Shown piece by piece: positions 1-10,283 of a stretch of 63,885 nucleotides of DNA. The stretch is taken from IMG/VR virus record IMGVR_UViG_3300027704_000010; one strand, written 5' to 3'. A program made the translations under genes and the position numbers. The notes below the pieces were generated by a model. It was not told where the DNA came from and ran no database searches. It saw nothing but the letters and a program-made list of their open reading frames with translations. Each line of letters begins with the position of its first letter. Positions within the stretch are counted from its first letter, which is position 1. The DNA is from an uncultured virus (IMG/VR IMGVR_UViG_3300027704_000010) (taxonomy: Duplodnaviria > Heunggongvirae > Uroviricota > Caudoviricetes).

Positions 1-1
1 G

Positions 2-121
2 AAATCTGTTCCTAGTAATTTTAATAATTTGAAACAGATTGAAATGGGTACTAGTCACAACGAAGTGCTAGTTAATTTTGAAACGGTTGAAATTATAAAA
101 AGGGAGATGTTTGGTGAATAA
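2..121 (+). CDS. 3' end of an ORF truncated by the window edge
   Basis: Open frame from base 2 to TAA at 119-121 (KSVPSNF...SHNEVLVNFETVEIIKREMFGE), overlapping the next gene start. Confidence 0.55.
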   Translation, partial: KSVPSNFNNLKQIEMGTSHNEVLVNFETVEIIKREMFGE

Positions 122-326
122 TAACCATAGCTTAAACGATACCTTAGAAGAAGAACTTCGTCTTATGCTTGTTGACAAGAACAACGAATGTAATCAACTA
201 AGAGCCGAAATTAAAACTTTAAGAAGATCAGTTGCTGAAGAACAAGAAGGCAAATATAGAGCCTATATCAAGTTTGCTGATTTACAACAACAAATACATA
301 CAAATAAGAATAACGAAACAGCTTAA
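111..326 (+). CDS. hypothetical coiled-coil protein
   Basis: 71-aa ORF, GGGAG RBS upstream, heptad-rich. Confidence 0.6.
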   Translation: MVNNNHSLNDTLEEELRLMLVDKNNECNQLRAEIKTLRRSVAEEQEGKYRAYIKFADLQQQIHTNKNNETA

Positions 327-1867
327 CTAGTTGGTTTGTCTTTGTCTGCATGGCCTATGTAAGGCTCTCGAGTCAGTAATGGCTCTATAATACTAGTAAC
401 AGTATCTTTATTACCATCTCTCTCACCGTCAGTGGTCAACGGATTATCTTCGCTAGTTGCTTGAAAGTCATATTCCCACCCTGGTGTTTCTATTGGCTGG
501 TCTTCATGTGCTATTGTCGGTATAGCCAAAGCGGCTTTACTGTTTTCTGCCTGTGTTGCACTACCACCATCATTGAGATGCACCGTACTGCCCACTACGT
601 TTACTTTATTACCTGCTTGTATATTTGTCTCACCGCCTGCCTTAATATGCTGAGTTTCTGACGCTGTACTAAACATGTTAGACTTAGCATTTAAATGCAT
701 GTCAGCGCCAGCGGTTGCAAGTAGTGATCGTCTGGCAGTTAAATGCATACTGCCTAACTCGTCTACTTCTAACACAAAGTCTTTCATAACTTTCATAGTA
801 GCTTCTGCGCCAGCGTTAATGTTGAGTACGCCACGTTGATTGCCGTCCTCGTCTTGTTGTTCATGTGCTTCGCCATAAACACCTGCATTAATATTTACAG
901 ATGTGTTGCCTTCTAGATTTAAATTTTTGTCTGCACGAATATTGATGTTACCTTTAGCTCTATACGAAATATCTTTTTCACTATATATTTGTATGTCGCC
1001 GTCTCCACTCATCTCTACCCACGCAGTACCTTTTGCATTTATTATATAAATTAGTCCGTTAGTGTCGTCCATTAATACTTGGTTGCCACCTGCTGTTCTA
1101 ATTCTTATATTTTTACTGTCGCCGTTGATGTCGCCATCGTCCATCACAAAACTGTGTCCACCTGTTCTGTGTGTGCCGTCTTTTTTACCTGTAGTTAAAT
1201 TTACATCTTCTGCACCAGGAGTAGATATACCAAATACTGCACTAGGTGATTCTCTTCTTGCACTAGATGACGATAAGCCTCTGAGCTTGTCATTTATTAA
1301 GCCTTGGTCAAGAATAGGTTTTGTTATATATGGGTTAACTGGTCGTGTAGCATTAACACCGTGATTTATTTGGTCTGTTTGTCTATTAACTTCTGCAACT
1401 GGCAATTTTTGGTCTGTGCCAAAAGTTCTGCCTGCGGCATTACCAGGTACCATGTTAGCCATTTGATCTGGTAGTAAACATCCTAGTACAAATGGTAATT
1501 TAGATTTGCCGTCAGCAAAACATACTAATACCCAGTTACCTACATCAGGCGGTACCATCCACATGCCATATGTTTTTTGTGTTTCGACATACGATGCTAA
1601 ATTGTCTCCAATTCTGTTAGCCGGGGTACTTCCACCAAACGGAGTACTCCAGAATGCATTAACCCAATTACTCGGATTATCTCTATCTTTGCCTAACGAT
1701 GGAATATACACTGTTAGTCTGCCACTGTTAGTATCGTCTTTAGGTCTAACAATAACTTCGCCTAAATATACACCGAAATCTAAATCAGCATTTTTAGTCA
1801 TTTCCGCAGTGGGATTATTTCTACTAACTTTAAACTTATCTGCTCTATAATTTCCGCGTAAACTCAT
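323..1867 (-). CDS. baseplate hub/central spike protein (T4 gp5/VgrG-like, no lysozyme domain seen)
   Basis: N-terminal OB-fold motif GMWMVPPDVGNWVLVCF, GGHSFVMDDG, C-terminal beta-helix-like repeats; baseplate gene context. Confidence 0.8.
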   Translation of the reverse strand: MSLRGNYRADKFKVSRNNPTAEMTKNADLDFGVYLGEVIVRPKDDTNSGRLTVYIPSLGKDRDNPSNWVNAFWSTPFGGSTPANRIGDNLASYVETQKTYGMWMVPPDVGNWVLVCFADGKSKLPFVLGCLLPDQMANMVPGNAAGRTFGTDQKLPVAEVNRQTDQINHGVNATRPVNPYITKPILDQGLINDKLRGLSSSSARRESPSAVFGISTPGAEDVNLTTGKKDGTHRTGGHSFVMDDGDINGDSKNIRIRTAGGNQVLMDDTNGLIYIINAKGTAWVEMSGDGDIQIYSEKDISYRAKGNINIRADKNLNLEGNTSVNINAGVYGEAHEQQDEDGNQRGVLNINAGAEATMKVMKDFVLEVDELGSMHLTARRSLLATAGADMHLNAKSNMFSTASETQHIKAGGETNIQAGNKVNVVGSTVHLNDGGSATQAENSKAALAIPTIAHEDQPIETPGWEYDFQATSEDNPLTTDGERDGNKDTVTSIIEPLLTREPYIGHADKDKPTS

Positions 1868-4350
1868 CCGCCTGTACTCCTGTCCGCTTTGGACTCATTA
1901 AATGTTTCTAGTTGTCGTGCGTTGACGGCGTCTGCTTCTGCATTAGGATCAAATCCATCATCTGCTGGACCGGCTAAGTAGCCATCTCCGTAATCTATAT
2001 CTACTATGTCGTACTCAGATAAATTTAGTGCTGTATTCTTTTTAGCATTTACTTCTATTTCAAACATGCCATTACTAAATGTACATGTAGTTGCCATGAT
2101 TTGATATACACCGCTTATAAAGTAAGCCGTGCCTGCTTTCTCAAGATACCCTGTGTTGTTATCTTCATCATCCATATCAGGATCTATTACCCTCGGAGTT
2201 TGCATTGTAAATAGAAAATAGTTATCATTGCCGGTATACGATATGGAATCCATAGTGGTTGCCTTTCCAATGTTGTCTAGTTTCGCTGACATGCCTTTGC
2301 CTTTCTGCGGGTCCGTTGGCTTCTCGCCTAAGTACCATACATCGCCTCTAATTTTTAATCCTAAATCAATTAATATACTTGCATCATTGACATTTTGGTA
2401 CATGTATCCAAACAATGTTGCTTTAGGCGTGCCGTCAACAGTATTACCTGATGTGGACACAATACTCTTAGTATAGTCAAATCCCGGTTTAGTAACTGCC
2501 ATCTTTAACGAGTTCATTGCTTGACGAGAACTAAGTTCGCCAATAACAATTTCACTGCCGCCGGCATTGTCAATAAGATCCGCTCCATACAAATAGCCAC
2601 TCGGCTCTGGCTTGTACGGTGGGTCGTTTTGCGTTGGCGTCGGATCCGATGATGTAGGGGTGCTAGGATCTGCATTGGCTTCTTGGGACCTGAAATACCC
2701 TAGCGGATCATTGCCTCCGTTATTCAATAATACCATAGCTTCTGCTAAATTCCTTTGTGTCTGTTTATTTTCTTGTAGAGACTTTCTTTCAGAAGCACTT
2801 AACTGTAGTTGGTCAGCAACTTCATTCTGGTATGCAGAGTTATTTAATTTCTTGGTTAGTGCGTCTGTGTTTTCTTGTGCCGCCGCAATCTTAGCCTTCT
2901 TTTGTGAATTGTTGAGGTCGTCATCAGTTGTCGGAGTTCCTGGTGCGTTAGGATTAGTAGATGCATCACCCATCAATCCTCCTTGCGGAGCACCTAGTAA
3001 TAGTTGTCCTGCTTTATAGCCAATAGTTGCTTCTAAAATTTGGTCATTTTGTCCAGTATACAAATAATGATATGCTTTTTTTATTTTCAGTTCATTTATT
3101 CGAGTGTTAATATTTTCTTTAGTAGTATCAAATTCACCCGGGCCACTGGCTAGTGAGTCGTCTGCTGTTTCATAAAGTATAGGTTTATAAGTTACTTTCT
3201 TTGCGTAAGTATTTCTTCTATGGTCATAGTCTAGCCACTCAGTAACCGCTTCTATTCTGTACCATGTGGTAAATGTTTGATTCATGTCTAGACCGTCTTT
3301 GTCTATGGTAGGATCAGTGAAGTCTGTCTTTCTTGTGATTGCCTTTAAAAAGTCATCATTCATTACTAGCAATGTTGTAAGGATCTTATGTAAGTTAGTG
3401 CCTTGCTTTAGTTGTATTCTGTTTCGTCTCCAAACTCCACCGCTGGCTTCTATACCACCATCTAAACTGTCTGGATTGTCTTCTAATATTTTATCGTATT
3501 CTTCTCTGGTCTTGATTCCCATGGAATCTGCATTCATTAATCTGTTTACTTGTTCAGCTTGTTTGTAGTTACTATAATTTAAATTGCCGTCTCCATCGAG
3601 CATCAACACAAGATTAGAGAAGTCAAACGATACTTCATCTTGTACAGCATGTTCTTTATAGTTGTCTTCTCTGAACTGTTTAAGTGTATCTTCTAAGGAT
3701 TTCATACATTCTACAATAGTGCTACCAGTCATACTGGTGTCAGCTGGAATTGTATAAAATGTATCCGAGTATGCGGTTGATTCGGTTTGTACGAACGTAA
3801 CATCATATGTGCTACCAGCATCATTAATGTTTACATCGATAGTCGCAATTTCTAATTGCCAACACCATGGCCCATCGATAGAAACAGGTTCGCCACCGGA
3901 TTCATTATCGTCTAAATCCTCTGTGTATCCTTTAAAGTTCAATTCGAGAAATACAGGTGCATTAGCAAACATACCGGCTTTGATGCCTAGCACTTGTTTT
4001 GCCATCTGTATCTGGTCTAGTAAGTCTGCGGCGCCGGGCTGTATAAGTGTAAAAGAACCGTTGGTCACAAATACACCTGCTCCGGACCTAACGATATTTA
4101 ATTCTACATTTTCTATTGCTACACCAGTTACACTAGTCTGAGCAATAATAACTGTTTGTTCTGGTGCGGCTTTTAAGGCTCCGTTTTTATATCCGCCGCC
4201 GTTGCCGTCATCATCGGGTATCATGTAAAGTCTAAAATTATATGATGCGTTATTGAAAGCATCTAGTTTGTTACCGGCTACAGCACCAATCCATCGGTCT
4301 TCCTTTATAGGAGTTTCAGCTGTCTCTTTGTCTTTGGAAGATCCAAACAT
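1864..4350 (-). CDS. putative baseplate hub protein (gp27-like position)
   Basis: 828 aa between LysM and gp5-like genes; IRGDVWYL and ISGVYQI..T..FSNGMF motifs typical of hub proteins. Confidence 0.55.
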   Translation of the reverse strand: MFGSSKDKETAETPIKEDRWIGAVAGNKLDAFNNASYNFRLYMIPDDDGNGGGYKNGALKAAPEQTVIIAQTSVTGVAIENVELNIVRSGAGVFVTNGSFTLIQPGAADLLDQIQMAKQVLGIKAGMFANAPVFLELNFKGYTEDLDDNESGGEPVSIDGPWCWQLEIATIDVNINDAGSTYDVTFVQTESTAYSDTFYTIPADTSMTGSTIVECMKSLEDTLKQFREDNYKEHAVQDEVSFDFSNLVLMLDGDGNLNYSNYKQAEQVNRLMNADSMGIKTREEYDKILEDNPDSLDGGIEASGGVWRRNRIQLKQGTNLHKILTTLLVMNDDFLKAITRKTDFTDPTIDKDGLDMNQTFTTWYRIEAVTEWLDYDHRRNTYAKKVTYKPILYETADDSLASGPGEFDTTKENINTRINELKIKKAYHYLYTGQNDQILEATIGYKAGQLLLGAPQGGLMGDASTNPNAPGTPTTDDDLNNSQKKAKIAAAQENTDALTKKLNNSAYQNEVADQLQLSASERKSLQENKQTQRNLAEAMVLLNNGGNDPLGYFRSQEANADPSTPTSSDPTPTQNDPPYKPEPSGYLYGADLIDNAGGSEIVIGELSSRQAMNSLKMAVTKPGFDYTKSIVSTSGNTVDGTPKATLFGYMYQNVNDASILIDLGLKIRGDVWYLGEKPTDPQKGKGMSAKLDNIGKATTMDSISYTGNDNYFLFTMQTPRVIDPDMDDEDNNTGYLEKAGTAYFISGVYQIMATTCTFSNGMFEIEVNAKKNTALNLSEYDIVDIDYGDGYLAGPADDGFDPNAEADAVNARQLETFNESKADRSTGG

Positions 4351-4649
4351 TAGTTTGCTAGCCTGTCTATTACTTCCTTAGAGGGTACGAATATTATTAA
4401 ACCTGACACAAAGTCTTCTATAGGGTCTACTAATGCATCTGGGTTTCTTAATGCAAACACCCACCATAGTTGGACCGTTCCATATAGTTCGTATGCTAGT
4501 AAGTCAGGGCGTTTTGCGTATTTAGGTTCTACTGAATACTTTCTATCTGCTCGACTTTTTGGAAGTTTAGGCAAATCGTTTACGTCAAGAAATAATCCTC
4601 TTGTGGAAGCTCTGCGTAAAAAACTGTCTTTGTTAACCGTGTTAGCCAT
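4350..4649 (-). CDS. baseplate wedge subunit, LysM-like (T4 gp53-like)
   Basis: RPDLLAYELYGTVQLWWVFALRNP motif. Confidence 0.8.
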   Translation of the reverse strand: MANTVNKDSFLRRASTRGLFLDVNDLPKLPKSRADRKYSVEPKYAKRPDLLAYELYGTVQLWWVFALRNPDALVDPIEDFVSGLIIFVPSKEVIDRLAN

Positions 4650-5395
4650 TAGATAAATCCATCCGATAGTCCCTTGCCACTAGTAAATCTTTGCAAGTTA
4701 AATTTCTTTCTTGTTTTTCTATATGTGTATTGTGGTGCAAGTTCTATCATTATACTAGTTTCCGTTGGCATCATTGTAGTTTTACCTTTGTATTTAACCG
4801 GAACGTAATCTACGTTGGGCGGTAACTGGAAGTTATAGTTTCGTATGATAACTGGAACTTTGTTAAACCCAAATTCTCCTAAGTATTCAAATAATAACAC
4901 TGGAGGAGGAGTTCCAAAGAATCCACTCTTAACAGCACTATCACCATAGAATGCTTTAGTAACACTTCTTAAAAAATGAAATATTGCTAACATATATTGT
5001 GCTTCGTCTGTAGTATTTGCTGTGAACGTTCCTGTGATAGGTATCGTTGTAGGTCTACTATTAATGTATGTATAAAACGGATAGTTCGATCCATGTTGGG
5101 TAGACTCATTATAATCTACTGAAGCCGCAAGGAAGATATCCGGAGTAAAAGGAAACACAATTCCGCCTCTCTCTTGCAATGGTTTTAGTACACTATCAGT
5201 AATTTCTTTAGAAGGATCATCGGGATCTACTAGACCGTATGCCCATTTCTCTCCGCCTTTCTTAGGTCGGATTCTTGCTCGCCAGTCTATTTCCCCAAAT
5301 TCTGTGCCGTCGTTGCGTTTCATGAATTGATTAAATTCTTGAGAACCGTCTTCGCTGTTTACACTAGGTTGGGTATTTGATGTTTCATTTGCCAT
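4649..5395 (-). CDS. baseplate/tail tube initiator (gp48/gp54-like)
   Basis: IVFPFTP and GTPPPVLLF..LG motifs; start moved to ATG 5395, which has an AAGGAG RBS and a late box upstream. Confidence 0.65.
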   Translation of the reverse strand: MANETSNTQPSVNSEDGSQEFNQFMKRNDGTEFGEIDWRARIRPKKGGEKWAYGLVDPDDPSKEITDSVLKPLQERGGIVFPFTPDIFLAASVDYNESTQHGSNYPFYTYINSRPTTIPITGTFTANTTDEAQYMLAIFHFLRSVTKAFYGDSAVKSGFFGTPPPVLLFEYLGEFGFNKVPVIIRNYNFQLPPNVDYVPVKYKGKTTMMPTETSIMIELAPQYTYRKTRKKFNLQRFTSGKGLSDGFI

Positions 5396-5412
5396 ATTGT
5401 GCTCCTTCGTTG

Positions 5413-5430
5413 TATTTATCAAGATAAATA
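5413..5430. promoter_or_regulatory. back-to-back late promoter boxes (TATTTATC-AA-GATAAATA)
   Basis: Perfect inverted repeat of the GATAAATA motif that recurs before structural genes. Confidence 0.6.
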
Positions 5431-5470
5431 ATAGCACGTTTTAATTATTAGTACGATTATTAGAAAACAG

Positions 5471-5499
5471 TTGACTTTGTCTTGCTTAGGCACTATAAT
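5471..5499 (+). promoter_or_regulatory. sigma70-type early promoter for gp55-47-46
   Basis: TTGACT-17 nt-TATAAT. Confidence 0.8.
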
Positions 5500-5521
5500 A
5501 CTGTTTAACTAAGGAGATTAT

Positions 5522-6394
5522 ATGGCTCACATTACACCAAAAAAGGTTAATTATTTAAACAACAAAGACATACTAAAGCAGATTCATGCTAGTAAGATGT
5601 CGTATTGTTATGTGCAAGATGACAAGTACATGAACCCAGACATCATTTTAATGGATGTCAACGAAATTAATAAAACTACTATTAAACAGGCTCAAGAGAA
5701 TAGGTCAGCAAAACTACAATCAGAAGGCTACCAAACTGCTATGAAAGAAGGCGGTTGGGATAAGAAGCCTAAGCAGAAAGACTTTGCAGTTGATCCGCTT
5801 TCTCTTGCAGTAGATGAACTAGTGTTTAGAGTTATGGGATATGACCATATTCCAGATGAACCGGGTAGAAAGAAAACTACTAAAACAGTTGCTGATACAA
5901 AAGCAAAACTAAATTTCCCTCCATTTAAACATTATATAGTAGATGGTGCTGGAACAAATCCTAGGGAAGTTGCTAGAAGTCATTGGGTAGGTGGACTACA
6001 CAATGGTCATTTTAGTGTTGACCACGGAAAAATTACAAATACCCTCGGTAGCATGTTTATGAAACTTGTAGAGCGTTACAGTCAAAGAGGTAACTGGCGA
6101 GGTTACACTTATGTTGACGAAATGCGTGGACAAGCATTAGTACAACTTGCTCAAATAGGATTGCAATTCAACGAAGCAAAATCAGACAATCCATTTGCAT
6201 ATTATACCGCTACAGTTAATAACAGTTTCACTAGAGTGTTAAACTTAGAGAAACGTAACCAATCAATTAGAGACGACATCTTAATCGAGTCTGGTCATTT
6301 ACCAAGTTATGGTAGACAGATTGCATACGAGAATGAGATGAAAGAACTTCGTGCGATTGCAGAAACTGAAGTAGAAAATACATCAACTGAGTAA
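5522..6394 (+). CDS. gp55: late-transcription sigma factor (T4 gp55-like)
   Basis: NYLNNKD, NWRGYTYVDEM, KSDNPFAYYT..VNNSF motifs; upstream of gp47/gp46 as in T4-like phages. Confidence 0.88.
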   Translation: MAHITPKKVNYLNNKDILKQIHASKMSYCYVQDDKYMNPDIILMDVNEINKTTIKQAQENRSAKLQSEGYQTAMKEGGWDKKPKQKDFAVDPLSLAVDELVFRVMGYDHIPDEPGRKKTTKTVADTKAKLNFPPFKHYIVDGAGTNPREVARSHWVGGLHNGHFSVDHGKITNTLGSMFMKLVERYSQRGNWRGYTYVDEMRGQALVQLAQIGLQFNEAKSDNPFAYYTATVNNSFTRVLNLEKRNQSIRDDILIESGHLPSYGRQIAYENEMKELRAIAETEVENTSTE

Positions 6395-6402
6395 CAACCA
6401 CT

Positions 6403-7422
6403 ATGGCAAACCTTTTTGAAAGGGCCGCGTGTTTCACCGATATACATTACGGCTTAAAACAAAACAGTAGACAACATTTAATAGACTGCGATAACTTTAT
6501 AACGTGGTTTATTAAGGAAGCGAAAGCACGGAATTGCGAGACTTGTATATTTCTGGGCGACTGGCATCATCATAGAGCAAGTATTAACATTGCTACTATG
6601 AACTCTACTATCAAAGACTTAAAGCGATTAAACGATGCATTTGAAACTGTGTACTTTATCACTGGAAATCATGACTTGTTTTATAGAGAAAAGCGTGACT
6701 TAAACAGTATCGAGTTTGCTAGAGATATGTCTAACATTGTTATGGTAGATGAACACTTCCTACAAGATGATGTTGCTATCGTTCCATGGTTAATCGGAGA
6801 CGAACACAAAGATGTTGCTAAAGTAAAATGCAAATACATGTTTGGACATTTCGAGTTACCATACTTTAAAATGAATGCAATGATTGAAATGCCGGATCAC
6901 GGTGGTATTAGAGCAGACATGTTAAGTGGTCCAGAATATGTATTCAGTGGTCACTTCCACAAACGTCAATATAAAGGCAACATACATTACATCGGTAATG
7001 CTTTCCCACATAACTATGCAGATGCACAAGATAATGAACGTGGTGCAATGTTTTTAGAATGGGATGGCGAGCCACAATATGTTAATTGGGCAGAGTGTCC
7101 AAAGTATGTTACTATAGGGTTACGTCAGTTACTTGAAGCGCCTGAAAAATATTTAGATTCACAAACTCATGCAAGAGTTAAACTAGATGTAAACATCAGT
7201 TACGAAGAAGCAAACTTTATTCGTGAAACATTTGCAGAACAATTTAAAGTTAGAGAGATACAATTACTTCCTGTTAAAGAAGAAGAGGAAGCCTTCGAAG
7301 GTGGTGAAATACAATTTGAAAGTGTTGACCAAATTGTTATACAGCAATTAGAAACAATCGAAAGCAACTTAGTCGACACCGGCGAGCTTGTTAAAATTTA
7401 CAGAAGTTTAGAGACCTTATAA
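6403..7422 (+). CDS. gp47: recombination endonuclease subunit (gp47, Mre11/SbcD-like)
   Basis: Metallophosphoesterase motifs DIH, GDWHH, GNHD, GHFH. Confidence 0.92.
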   Translation: MANLFERAACFTDIHYGLKQNSRQHLIDCDNFITWFIKEAKARNCETCIFLGDWHHHRASINIATMNSTIKDLKRLNDAFETVYFITGNHDLFYREKRDLNSIEFARDMSNIVMVDEHFLQDDVAIVPWLIGDEHKDVAKVKCKYMFGHFELPYFKMNAMIEMPDHGGIRADMLSGPEYVFSGHFHKRQYKGNIHYIGNAFPHNYADAQDNERGAMFLEWDGEPQYVNWAECPKYVTIGLRQLLEAPEKYLDSQTHARVKLDVNISYEEANFIRETFAEQFKVREIQLLPVKEEEEAFEGGEIQFESVDQIVIQQLETIESNLVDTGELVKIYRSLETL

Positions 7423-9192
7423 ATGCTTACTATAAAAAACGTAACAGCAAAAAACTTTATGAGTATTGGCAACAATACCCAGGCGGTTACATTTGATACC
7501 GAGCAACTAACACTAGTCCTAGGACACAATTTAGACTTAGGTGGCGATGGCAGTAGAAACGGTACAGGTAAAACGACAATCATTAATGCATTAAGTTATG
7601 GATTATACGGCGAAGCGTTAACAAACATTAGACGTGATAACTTAATTAATAAAACAAATGCTAAAGGCATGATTATTACTGTTGACTTTGATATCAACGG
7701 AAACGAATATAGAATTGAACGTGGCAGACGTCCTAACACTTTAAAGTTTTTTATAGATGGTGTAGAGAAAGCTGATGACGAACAGCAAGGCGACAGTAGA
7801 GAAACACAAAAAGAAATAGAACGTATTATAGGGTTCCCTCATAATATGTTTAAGCATTTGATTGCATTGAATACATACACTGAACCGTTCCTTAGTATGA
7901 AAACTAATGACCAACGTGATATGATTGAGCAGTTACTAGGCATCACTGAGATTAGTGAAAAAGCAGAGCTACTTAAAGAGCTACTTAAAAATACCAAAGA
8001 CAGCATTAAAGACGAAGAGTCTAGAATACAAGCAGTACAGAATGCTAACAAGCGTATTGAAAAGAACATTGACGACATTGAATTGCGTAGGAAAGCATGG
8101 GACAATCAACATAGCGTAAAATTAAAAGACTTACAAGCATCATTGGATGCATTAAGTGAAACTGATATTGATTCCGAACTAGACAAGCACAGAGAATTAG
8201 ATATTGTTCACAAACAGTATTCAAAAATGCAAGGCTTACAAAATGAGTTAAAGCAACTACAAACTAGTAGCAAACGTAATGCTAGTACACTTGTTAGTAT
8301 ACGAAGCGATATCGAGAAAGCTGAATCAGGTGTATGCCCGGCATGTGATCAAAGTACAGCACACTTGGATACTCATGAAACGTATACCGCAGAGCTTAAA
8401 GAAAAAGAAAAAAAAGAGCTATCGTATTCTACAGAATTAGAAGGCAAAATAGCTGTGTTAGAGCAAAGCCTAACTGACATCGGAGAACTGCCTGAAAGTC
8501 CTATTACTTTTTATAACAGCATGGAAGATGCTTTACAGCATAGACATAATTTAGATACTATCACAGAGCAACTTGCTGAACGTAAAGAAGAAACTAATCC
8601 ATATTCTGACCAAGTAGTTACACTTAGAGAAACTGGCTTGGAAGAAGTTAGTTATGAAGGCATTAACGAGTGGACTAAATTAAAAGACCATCAAGACTTT
8701 TTGTATAAACTATTAACAAGCAAAGACAGTTTTATAAGAAAGAAAATTATCGACCAGAACTTACAATACTTAAACTACAGACTAAATTATTATTTAGAAA
8801 AGTTAGGCTTGCCACATGATGTTAGATTCAACTCAGACTTGAGTGTAGACATTACTGAATATGGCAGAGACTTAGACTTTGATAATTTAAGTAGAGGCGA
8901 ACGTAACAGATTAATACTTGGCATGAGTTGGGCATTCAGAGATATTTATGAAAGTCTTAACCAACCAATGAACTTAATGTGTATCGATGAACTTGTTGAC
9001 TCTGGTATGGATACAACTGGTGTTGAAGCGGCACTGGGCGTACTTAAAAAGATGGGAAGAGAATCTAAGAAAAATGTATTCTTAATTTCCCATAAAGAAG
9101 AACTGCAAGGAAGAGTTAGTAATGTATTGTATGTTGTAAAGGAAGGAGGTTTCACTTCTTATGCCAATGACATCGAAATATTGGATAACTAA
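7423..9192 (+). CDS. gp46: recombination ATPase subunit (gp46, Rad50/SbcC-like)
   Basis: Walker A NGTGKTT, CPAC zinc hook, LSRGE signature, IDE Walker B, ISH. Confidence 0.93.
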   Translation: MLTIKNVTAKNFMSIGNNTQAVTFDTEQLTLVLGHNLDLGGDGSRNGTGKTTIINALSYGLYGEALTNIRRDNLINKTNAKGMIITVDFDINGNEYRIERGRRPNTLKFFIDGVEKADDEQQGDSRETQKEIERIIGFPHNMFKHLIALNTYTEPFLSMKTNDQRDMIEQLLGITEISEKAELLKELLKNTKDSIKDEESRIQAVQNANKRIEKNIDDIELRRKAWDNQHSVKLKDLQASLDALSETDIDSELDKHRELDIVHKQYSKMQGLQNELKQLQTSSKRNASTLVSIRSDIEKAESGVCPACDQSTAHLDTHETYTAELKEKEKKELSYSTELEGKIAVLEQSLTDIGELPESPITFYNSMEDALQHRHNLDTITEQLAERKEETNPYSDQVVTLRETGLEEVSYEGINEWTKLKDHQDFLYKLLTSKDSFIRKKIIDQNLQYLNYRLNYYLEKLGLPHDVRFNSDLSVDITEYGRDLDFDNLSRGERNRLILGMSWAFRDIYESLNQPMNLMCIDELVDSGMDTTGVEAALGVLKKMGRESKKNVFLISHKEELQGRVSNVLYVVKEGGFTSYANDIEILDN

Positions 9193-9197
9193 TATGC

Positions 9198-9623
9198 ATG
9201 ACACCATGGACTTATGAAGGCAAAACAGTAGACTCACTTCCAGACGATTGCGAGGCATTTGTCTACTTAATTACTAATACCACAAACGATAGAAAGTATG
9301 TAGGTAAAAAGTTAGCCAAATTTAAAACAACTAAGCCTCCACTAAAAGGCAAAAAGAACAAACGTCGCGGAACGAAAGAATCGGACTGGAAAACTTATTG
9401 GGGAAGTTCAGATCATCTAAATGCTGATGTATCAGAGCTAGGAGAAGGTAAGTTTACAAGAGAAATAATTTGGTATTGCCCCAGTAGAGGCGTTGCAAGT
9501 TATCTCGAAGCCAGAGAACAATTTGAAAGGCGTGTATTAGAAACCGATGATTACTATAACGGTATTATTAACGTTAGGGTAGGCGGTTCAAAAATTCTAC
9601 GAGAAGCATTGAAAGATAGATAA
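9198..9623 (+). CDS. GIY-YIG family endonuclease
   Basis: FVYLITN...KYVGKK, YWGSS, YYNG motifs. Confidence 0.8.
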   Translation: MTPWTYEGKTVDSLPDDCEAFVYLITNTTNDRKYVGKKLAKFKTTKPPLKGKKNKRRGTKESDWKTYWGSSDHLNADVSELGEGKFTREIIWYCPSRGVASYLEAREQFERRVLETDDYYNGIINVRVGGSKILREALKDR

Positions 9624-9641
9624 CTAACTATTGCATAACAA

Positions 9642-9688
9642 CACAGACACCAAGTCACAGCAAGGCACACCACAGACACCAAGTCACA
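9642..9688 (+). repeat. 18-bp direct repeat CACAGACACCAAGTCACA x2
   Basis: Exact copies at 9642-9659 and 9671-9688. Confidence 0.9.
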
Positions 9689-9689
9689 C

Positions 9690-10040
9690 TACATAGGACT
9701 ATACACCAGCCCCACCCGAGGCCAATATCGGACTCCTCGACAAACCTGAACAAGGTGCGAGAATTGGAGATGTATAGCGGTAAAGATACAAACACACGAC
9801 AAACTGTATTAAAAGGATGTAGGCAATGAGAAAAAGCAACCTACAAGTTTGTGTAACTAAACTCTACAAGGTTACATAAATTTCCGTGAGATGAGACGGT
9901 AGTGTATGGGGACAGAAAGCTCACTGGTTCCTTATAGCACCCGAGTTAGAGATGATGATGGCTCATATGATGTCGACAGACACTATATTTTCCGAACAGC
10001 TTCTCCTTGCAATAGGAGAAGTATGACTCCAACTATATGA
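9690..10040 (+). ncRNA. candidate large structured ncRNA
   Basis: No long ORF; hairpins at 9818-9845, 9847-9881 (G-U pairs), 9884-9899 and 10000-10021; TTGGAG(9764)/CTCCAA(10027) long-range complement. Confidence 0.5.
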
Positions 10041-10283
10041 TATCGCATTAATTAACTAATTAGAAACTTTCTAACAAGAACTGAAATGAATGTAATGAAT
10101 GAAGTTAGTAGTTGGAAAAGATACGAAGTATCTAAAAAGCTAATTGTAATTAATTGTAACAAACATATATAAACAGTTCTAGAACTTATCCAATTAAGAT
10201 AAATATATGTAAGAATATAACATAAGGTTATATTAGTATTAGAGCACTCGCTCGTAGTTGATACGCAATCCAAAGGAAAAAAC

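Noticed and set aside
9642..9688. Mini CRISPR array
   Set aside because: Only two 18-bp copies with an 11-nt gap, non-palindromic, no cas genes
9690..10040. Group I/II intron or RNase P RNA
   Set aside because: A GTGCG is present, but I see no domain V, no group I P7 core, no interrupted host gene and no GAGGAAAGTCC
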